Below are positions 55,601 through 64,000 of a stretch of DNA of 64,000 bases, piece by piece. The stretch's first letter is position 1, and every line of letters starts with the position of its first letter. The stretch comes from Blepharisma stoltei ATCC 30299 (lineage: Eukaryota; Protista; Ciliophora), in contig CBFDEM010000061.1 in the NCBI GenBank assembly GCA_965603825.1, positions 234,073 to 298,072 on the forward strand, written 5' to 3'. A program made the position numbers and the translations under genes. The notes below the pieces were generated by a model. That model was not told the DNA's origin and made no database searches. It was given only the letters and a program-made list of their open reading frames with translations.

Positions 55601-56341
55601 ATATACTTTATTCGGAAACCTTGCTTCATAGCCATGCTCAAAAAGGTTTGGAATACTACCCGGATCTTCATTTATTGCAATAACCAATTTAATTGTATCA
55701 GAATCTATTTGATTAATTTGAATTAACACATATTGCCAAACACTATCAGCTATAGAGGTAATTTTTGGCATATCGCTATCACGATGTGGCGTTTTTGCCA
55801 GTATATTGAAAGCAAAGTAGTGATCATCAAGCACTAATTCTATATAGTTTGTTGATTCAGCCCTTACAGTCAAAATCTTTCCAGGGGTTATTGCTGTAAT
55901 CCATAGAGCTGCTGTGAAATAAAGAGATGGGATATAGGGTTGGTTGCTGGCGATTGATGAACTTGAAGTAAAATAAAATCCACGGCTCCTAGTAGGTAAT
56001 GGAGATGTATTCGTTGGAGAATTGTAAGGAACTAAAAATGGATTTTCTCAATTATCAGCAGAGTTGATTGAGCTCGTTATAGAAGTTTGAGATAGATTTT
56101 GGATCATCCAAAATTTAAGCTCAAATAGCTCAGCATTGGAGCTCGGTAAATTGCACAATTGTCCTTTATCTCGGTCTACATCTTGGATAAATTGTGAAGG
56201 ACATACTTCGCCACAAATTTTATCATCAATTCAGTAATCATTAGTCCCATCATTGCACATTACATCGGCACCTACCCCTGAATATAGCACAAAAGTCAAC
56301 AATATATTGTTGACAAAAAACAAAAAGTTAAGAAAATCCAT
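52652..56341 (-). CDS. G8: 2-module paralog plus ~9-TM domain (~1185 aa if the 132-bp insertion at 55352-55483 is removed; otherwise truncated by an in-frame TAA at 55439-55441)
   Basis: ATG 56341 (MDFLNFLFFVNNILLTFV, missed by the track because of an early TGA) is in frame with ORFs 55547-55873, 55163-55417, 54683-54877, 53975-54355, 53684-53878 and 52652-53617. The one non-TGA stop found lies inside the insertion. Confidence 0.82.
55351..55484. mobile_element. Candidate retained internal eliminated sequence (IES), 132 bp, TA-bounded within an ATAT direct repeat
   Basis: ATAT at 55350-55353 and at 55482-55485. Excision gives TGC AAT ATA CTT TAT GAT = LCNILYDNNC, matching G7 LCSILNYFGQC. The insert is AT-rich, has no counterpart in the paralogs and contains an in-frame TAA. 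Confidence 0.7.
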
Positions 56342-57132
56342 TATAAACTCTTAAAAAATTAATTAAACTTTAGCTGTTTGCATTTAACGCAGGAATAAGG
56401 ATAATTTATTAATTATTTGGAAGGTTAAGCTTGCTAATAAAAGATAGTTAATTAATAATCAGACTGGCAATATTGGATAAATCAATATTATATTTTTTCA
56501 ACTCAGAAATTTTTTTACTGATTCCTTCTAAAACAAAATTGAATTACCGATTTCATGAGATCAAATTGTTTTACTTATATATTTAATTTAATTTTTACAA
56601 CAAATATGTGCACAAAAGAAATCGAGCAAATACGATTTTTCATGAAGGAGACACCTAAATTTAGATCTTAAAATCTGAACATGTAATTTATGCAGTATAA
56701 ATTTTATAAGAAAAGTCCGGCTTACCAGGAGTAATATCAATTAAATTATATATGTCATATAAGATATGGAATGCCAATAAAATAATAAGATAAGAAGTGG
56801 AAAATTTAGCTCAAAAGCAAAAACAAAATCTAAAACCAAAAACCAAAAGAAATGACTTTAAACTGTAAATTAATACACTTACACCATCCCTATTTTTTAC
56901 CTACATAAAAAGTTAATTTTTTCATAGCAGCTTATAGATAGATGGGATCATAAAGATGGTATGTAATAAAAAAGAGAAAAAGCAACAGAAAAGCCTTATT
57001 CTAAAGCAACGTTAAAAAGGCTATTATAAGGAACAAAGAATTTAAATTAGCACAAAGCTTTACTTAATTTCCCAAATATGAAAATAATTTTATTTACTAG
57101 CTAACTTTTTGCCTGCGCTTCATTGCTACAAA

Positions 57133-60100
57133 TTAAGCAATCTTTTTTATAATTCCTGATTTTTTAAGTTTATAGTAAATCACTTGATATAAATACCTTG
57201 AAAATATTGCTACTGATGATACAAATTGGACAATTATTGCCAAAAAGACACTTAGAATAATAGCATTCTCTACCCCTGTCACAATATCTTGCTCTAAATT
57301 AAATAAATATACAGACGTTGCACACATTACAATTAAAACAAGTATTTCTGTCAATAAATTGTTGATTTGTAATATAAGGTCTTCAAATGGTCAATAGAAA
57401 ATTAAATGAAGGACTGTTACTAAAGAAAGAACAATATTAATGGTGACTTCTGATTCTGGATAATTTCTCAAGAAAACCAAGCTTACAATATAAATAAATC
57501 TCCTTGAAAAAAATACAAAATAAAATTGTGTTCCGAGCAAGCCTTTGTCGCTTCGAAATTCGTAATAAAAAGTGCTAAATAAGGCAAATAAAGATTTTTC
57601 ACGTGATTGAATACGATTTTTATTTTTGTAAGAAAACAAATAATAGAGAGGTGGGGTGAAAACCAATAGTAAAAACACAAATGTGCATAAAATAATATTT
57701 ATGCATTGAGTAAAATTATGATTACTGAATGTGGAAATTCCTATACTAGCTGCTGCTCCTAATTCAAGATAGCATTGTATTCAAAACCTTAGATAAAAAG
57801 AGTATTTATAAGCTCTCATTGATTTTTTAAATTTTTTACCGAGCCACCTATATGAGCATCTAGAAAATAGAAAAACTGCAGGAAATGCAAATATGGAGGC
57901 CAGAATAAGTGTAAAATCATCTCCTTGATTTAATAGGATCAGATCAGTATCAAATCCAAAGCTTTTCGCTTGAGAATATGGAATTGTCCCTTCCTTTTCT
58001 TTTATAAAATAAGAAAAAGCATTTGGAAATAGACTAAACGAATTCAGATCATTTAAAAATGCACTCATTTTACTAGAGATCGGAATACCAGACAAAGTTA
58101 AGTAGCTGAGAATCTGCAAGGTATTCATCATGCTCCACAAAGAGCTTGGACTTAGACTCATAATTGATAAGGCAGCTGCTGTTGAAACAATTGCTAGAGT
58201 TCCAGTTGTCGTTTGAGATCTAATTCCTTCTATAGTTGATGAATAAGGTGCTGGATCATAATAATTAAGAGAAACTGAAATTTCAGACGTGTTTAAAATT
58301 CCATTCGAAACGGATCTTAACTCAGCCAAGTTCAAAAATTCAAGAGTAGCTGATGTACCTTTAGGGATTATTTCTTCTAAATCTAATGTAATATAATAGC
58401 TTGTATCATTCACCTGCTCAATTTTTCATGAAACATCATACTTTTTAATTGTTATGATAAAGTCAGAGGCTGTGAGATTATTTGCTAGAGTATCAGAAAA
58501 AGATAGATATAAAGAATTGTCGCTTAAAACTGTAAGCTTTGCTCAAAAAGAAACTAAAGTGCAATTGCTTATACCGTTATAGCCAATATTACAATAGCAT
58601 AAGTCATTATATAGGCTTGCATTATCTACGCAAGCTGTACATTTAATTTGAGATTCACACGAAATACATAAGTTTGGACATGAATAAAACTTTCCATCAG
58701 GACCTTTGTATCCACCAGATTGAATTTGTACGCAAGTGCTATTAGTAGAACCATCCAATACAAAATTTGTATCGCATATACATGAATCAGGGTTGATTGC
58801 ATTTATTTTACAAGTTTCACACCCTGTTTCTGAGTAATTTGTACAAATTTCACATAATAAATTATCACATAGAGAGCAAGTTGATCTTCAATTCCTACAG
58901 CTTTTCTTACACTTTATATTACACTGATAGCATGAATTATAGCTTGGGCCGCTCCAATACTCATTTATTTTGCAATTAGGAATACATATTTGATTTGTAG
59001 GACAAACCCCACAGCTTTCAGTGCAGGCTGTAGTTGATAATTTTGATATAGGCTTGACTCCATTAAATATTTGAATTATATAAATAAATCCTTGGTGAAA
59101 ATTATATAATGAATCTGATGAGATTTGAGCTCCAATTGTCATTGCAGTGTTAGAGCTTCTATCTTGAAAATATCCATAATTGACTATCGCAGATGAATCA
59201 AAATTACCTTTTATATAGCAAGAAGCCATGCTATTCCCATCTGTAGTTATTTCTAAAGTAAATGACACGTGATTTCATTCATTATTTTTAAGTGCAGTCT
59301 GACATGTATAAGCAATTGCAGATGAGCTAATAATGATAGATAGCGCTGGCTTACTATTCATTAAATATACCGCTCATAGTGTTGATAAATTATTGGAGAT
59401 GTCATTTTTTGAAATAATTGTAGAGAATGAAGTTTCAGTATTTAATCATATAGAAATTGTAAAAATAGGTGCAATTACAAGCTTTGGAGATATATAGCTT
59501 GAGTATTCAGGTAGTCTTAAAATTGAAGATCAGCCATTAAAGTAAAATCCTCTTAAATAGGCTGGGATGGGGTCATCATTTTCATAATTCGGGTAGAATT
59601 GTTTAGTTGAGCCGGTTATAACTGGAATTGAGTTTGCTTTATCATAAATTACTCCTTCTAATGTGTTTAAGTCTAAGTCAAAAATCTTTTCTTGAGTCTG
59701 CACGCATTTAGTTCCTGATCGAGAATATCCTTGTGGACAACTCGCCAAACAAATTCCTGAAACCAGATATAATCCATTAGCACAAGCTAAGCAATCTAAA
59801 TATTTCGATGATGTGCAGGATTTGCAAGAAGCATCGCACGCATCACAGCTTTCATTATCAATATTCCAGTAAAAACCAACATTGCACTGGCAGCTTGAGC
59901 CAATTAAACTTGCATTTGATTTGCAGGTAATGCATGTGCTTGTATAATCATCACATAGTTCGCAAACAACATCTTGGCAATGATTGCAGCTCTTGTCCTT
60001 TCTTACGCAGCCAGAGTTTGAGCATCCTGATAAGCAAGAAGCACAACTATTACCATTTCAAAAACTTCCTATCAGACAATTATCTAAGCAAATATTGGAA

Positions 60101-63000
60101 TTGTCATTAGGACATAATGAGCATCCATTGCAAGATCCTTCAGTCAAGATTGGGATAGCTAATGTGTTATATATTTTCATATCTCATAGAAAACCATTGA
60201 AAAATGAGCTAAAATGTGTTGAGTCAAGGTGACGTGCTCCAATCGATATAAAAAATGAGCTTTCTAAGTCTTCCAATCAGCTATCACCTAAATCGCTTGA
60301 AATATCGCTAAAAGAGTTCATTGTAAAGCTAATTGTTTGCTCGGGAGTAGAACTTATTCCAGAAGTAGCAGAAATAAATACTCACTGTGCAAGAGTAACT
60401 TGCAATGATGCATTAGTGCCTATATAAGTAACAGTTGAGGAATCTTTGAGAGTTAAAGTGAGTGATGGGTATTTATTAATTAGTTCAAAACTTACATATT
60501 TAGTAAATGCTCCATTATCAGTTTGCTTGCAAAAAATAACCCCTGTTCCAGATATTGGCTTTATTCAGGTTGCAATTGCAAATTGAGGAGAAAAAGTAAG
60601 TAAAGGAGATGGAGTGCTTAAATAAGGAGGAAGCTGCATATAAGAAGTTCCAGTGAAATAATAACCTCTATATATAGCTGCATAAGGGTCAGTTATTCCA
60701 TAGTTTGGGTAAAATGTATTATCTTTTCCGGTAAGAACAGGGATATTATTTTGTAAATCATTTACAATGTTTTTTATTTGATGTGGCTTTAAATTAAAAA
60801 CGAAGCCACTATAGTTCATATCTATCTCGCAAATATTATTATTCAAAATATATCCAGTTGGACAAAAGAGAGAGCATATATTTTGAAGCATAAAGTAGCC
60901 AGATATGCAAGAGGTGCATTGCGTATAAAATCCTCCACTACAATCTACGCACAAATTATAGCACTGGGAGCATAAAGCTTGCCCAGAAGGTTGAAAAAAC
61001 CCACTATCACAATCGCATGTGCTGTTTGATGCATGCGGTATACACAAAGTGCAAGAATTAGATGAAAATGATGAGCATTTCTGGCATTTATCAGTTTCAC
61101 AGATATTGCATGAATTTGCTCTTACGCATCCATTTTGACAAGATATCAAGCATTGCTCGCAAGATGCCCCATCAAAATAATAATCATAATCGCAATTTCA
61201 TAAACACTCAACATCTGTTCCTATATTGCAATTATAATAATTTAGAGCATTTGTGAAATCAGTTATAGTGACCCCTCATAGTTGAAAATAACTTATAAAA
61301 CCATTAAAATCTCCTGTTCCAAGATATAAATAGCCTCCAGAAAATGGTCTAAAAATATGATCGCTTGTAGAACTGGCTGCAGCATGAGCATTATTTAGAT
61401 ATGGAGTAACTGTAGACACTCCATTTGAAAATCCAAAAGAATAAGAAATATAACTTCATTGCCATAAAGGTGTTGCCATAGAAGATGTTAACAGCTGGAT
61501 TGATCCATCATATTTTTGCATATAAGTCTGAAAAAAACCATTTGAATTCAGTAGAAAATTGCTATAGCTATGCCCTATTCAGCTTCCACTAATTAAGTAA
61601 ACTCATGCGCCAAAACTTAAAGTAGGTGATAGATCAATTTGCCCTTTTAGATAAGTGAACCCAATAAAATAAAGTCCTCTCCATTTTGCTGGAAATGGAT
61701 CGAAGATTTCTGGAGAATTTCAAAAATTATAGCTTAAAGGATCAGATCCAGTAACAAAAACGTTATCATAAATTCCTGCAAAATCATCAGTAAAATCTAT
61801 CGTAATTACAGGAGTAGATACAGGAGAGCAATTTCCAAAGCCATAAGGACATCCATATAGGCAAATCCCGTTAATAGGACTTATACCATTAGTGCATGAA
61901 GTGCTTTGCCAAGTAGAAGTGCAAGCACTGGCTAGCATATCACAACAATATGGCAAAGATCCTGTGGTGCATGATGTGCACATAGATGCAGAATATCCGG
62001 TGCAAGATCCACAACTTACCGTATTGCAAGTGCTGCAGCTGTCACCTCTTATACATCAAGGCCAGCTAGGACAAGCTGAACTACAATTTTGACAAGAAGT
62101 TCCATCCCAATACTGCTTATTTTTGCATTCTAATTTAGCTGTCATTGTAGCATAATTAATAGTTAAATCGTTTCTCGCTTCCATCCAATATAAAAACCCT
62201 TTAAAAGAATCTGGAGCATCTCCTCCAACTAGCTTTCCAATTTTTCATATATTTTTATCAGTTTGGTCTACTGGAAAATTTGCTTCATAATTATAAAAAG
62301 TAGTCACAACTGGGTTTGAGTTTATATATATTTTTAAATTTACTTGATTGCAAGATGCTTGCTCAAGCTGAAATGACACTGTTTGTCAAGCAGAAGTATA
62401 TGGATCGCTATAAGCTGTTACTTTAGTCTCGCCAGAATCGTTAGAGTTTTGCAAAATCACTTTTAGAACAAAAGTAGTTGCCTCTGCTACGCATTCAATA
62501 TAATATCCAGAATTATAATAAAAGGTTAAAATTTGACCCGAACTTAAAGGGTGAATCCATATATTTGCTGTAAAATAAAGTGCTGCAATATATCCTGGAG
62601 TACGTGATAGAGATGAAGCTGAATCGAAATAAAAGCCACGATCTACGGTAGGAAGAGGGGCATTTTTTGAACTAGAACCAAAAAGGGTTCCTCCAGGTGT
62701 ATTGAAATGCTGTCCAGGACTAATCAAATTTGAGATATAAGTTGCAGTCAAATCCTGAGCTGCTGAAAAATCAAGTTGGAATAGAATTGGAGAAGTTGGT
62801 AGGCTGCATGCCGTGCAAACAGTAGTTCCTGTTGTTGTACAGACTGGAGTGAATTTAGAAGGACAAATTTCTGCACAGACCTTCCCATCTATCATTAAGC
62901 TATAATTAGCATCAACACACGAGCCAGAAATACTATTTTTAGGGCATGCGGAATAGGTAAACAATAAAAAGGAGACGAAATTAAGCACTAATAATTTCAT
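57133..63000 (-). CDS. G9: ~1955-aa paralog, 4 modules plus ~9-TM domain (telomere-proximal)
   Basis: Nine co-framed ORFs with TGA breaks and TAA at 57133-57135. Signal peptide MKLLVLNFVSFLLFTYSAC. Module motifs at ~62635, 61675, 60660 and 59540. Confidence 0.9.
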
Positions 63001-63209
63001 TTATTTTCTTAAGTTCTCACCATAGATCATAAAGTTAGAATTTTTATAATATTTGGTTTTTTGTGTGCAATTTTTTATTGTGATTATAATTTTAGAAGCC
63101 TGTCTCTATTTGAAAAATTTATATTTTTGTTCAGCTGCATTTTATCATAAATTAAGATGCAAGATTTAATTGGATAATAGAAGAAAAATTCTTAAATAAA
63201 TTTAGGATT

Positions 63210-64000
63210 TTAGGGTGTTAGGGTGTTAGGGTGTTAGGGTGTTAGGGTGTTAGGGTGTTAGGGTGTTAGGGTGTTAGGGTGTTAGGGTGTTAGGGTGTTA
63301 GGGTGTTAGGGTGTTAGGGTGTTAGGGTGTTAGGGTGTTAGGGTGTTAGGGTGTTAGGGTGTTAGGGTGTTAGGGTGTTAGGGTGTTAGGGTGTTAGGGT
63401 GTTAGGGTGTTAGGGTGTTAGGGTGTTAGGGTGTTAGGGTGTTAGGGTGTTAGGGTGTTAGGGTGTTAGGGTGTTAGGGTGTTAGGGTGTTAGGGTGTTA
63501 GGGTGTTAGGGTGTTAGGGTGTTAGGGTGTTAGGGTGTTAGGGTGTTAGGGTGTTAGGGTGTTAGGGTGTTAGGGTGTTAGGGTGTTAGGGTGTTAGGGT
63601 GTTAGGGTGTTAGGGTGTTAGGGTGTTAGGGTGTTAGGGTGTTAGGGTGTTAGGGTGTTAGGGTGTTAGGGTGTTAGGGTGTTAGGGTGTTAGGGTGTTA
63701 GGGTGTTAGGGTGTTAGGGTGTTAGGGTGTTAGGGTGTTAGGGTGTTAGGGTGTTAGGGTGTTAGGGTGTTAGGGTGTTAGGGTGTTAGGGTGTTAGGGT
63801 GTTAGGGTGTTAGGGTGTTAGGGTGTTAGGGTGTTAGGGTGTTAGGGTGTTAGGGTGTTAGGGTGTTAGGGTGTTAGGGTGTTAGGGTGTTAGGGTGTTA
63901 GGGTGTTAGGGTGTTAGGGTGTTAGGGTGTTAGGGTGTTAGGGTGTTAGGGTGTTAGGGTGTTAGGGTGTTAGGGTGTTAGGGTGTTAGGGTGTTAGGGT
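63210..64000 (+). repeat. Telomere, (TTAGGGTG)n / (CCCTAACA)n, ~99 units, heterotrich-ciliate type
   Basis: Perfect 8-mer tandem repeat to the window end, with the G-rich strand running 5'->3' toward the terminus. CCCTAACA is the unit known from Blepharisma and Stentor. Confidence 0.98.

Noticed and set aside
56815-56850. CAAAAA/CCAAAA run as an internal telomere-like tract
   Set aside because: It is irregular and does not match the CCCTAACA unit of this chromosome.
813-62092. Plus-strand and off-frame minus-strand ORFs overlapping the genes (e.g. 813-1034, 2853-3194, 21268-21543, 40338-40733, 44577-44900)
   Set aside because: They are shadows of the Cys/Ser-rich real frame, with no recognisable motifs of their own.
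1-63000. About 100 small independent genes, or a field of nonsense-riddled pseudogenes
   Set aside because: The fragments of each gene share one frame over up to 11 kb, and the breaks are TGA at conserved Trp positions.
1-63000. TGA as selenocysteine or cysteine
   Set aside because: TGA aligns with TGG, not TGY, in paralogs, and the Cys patterns are complete without it.
63210-64000. CRISPR array or internal satellite
   Set aside because: There are no spacers; it is a terminal perfect G-rich 8-mer matching a known telomere unit.

Overview
This is the end of a ciliate macronuclear chromosome. It terminates in about 99 perfect copies of the 8-nt telomere unit TTAGGGTG (CCCTAACA on the minus strand; 63210-64000). 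The ORF track is fragmented because TGA encodes Trp here: TGA aligns with TGG at homologous positions in paralogs, and every true terminator is TAA. UGA=Trp together with a CCCTAACA telomere points to the heterotrich Blepharisma or a close relative. Re-read with this code, about 56 of the 63 non-telomeric kb form one head-to-tail, minus-strand array of nine giant paralogous membrane-protein genes (G1-G9, about 1,200-3,650 aa) plus a 96-aa truncated copy. The eight complete genes share one architecture (G1 runs off the window before its C-terminus): a signal peptide, 2-9 roughly 340-aa modules (LamG/ConA-like beta domain plus furin/EGF-like Cys-rich repeats), a short beta-rich stalk, a ~9-TM domain resembling the fungal FLC/Pkd2 TRP-like family, and a short tail that often carries a V/IxP motif. 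Ectodomains are built from a small set of module types in a fixed order, and paralogs are mosaics of one another. G8 carries a 132-bp ATAT/TA-bounded insertion with an in-frame TAA that looks like a retained IES. Limits: domain names come from motif recognition rather than searches. Frame continuity was checked from ORF coordinates for all genes but codon by codon only for some gaps.
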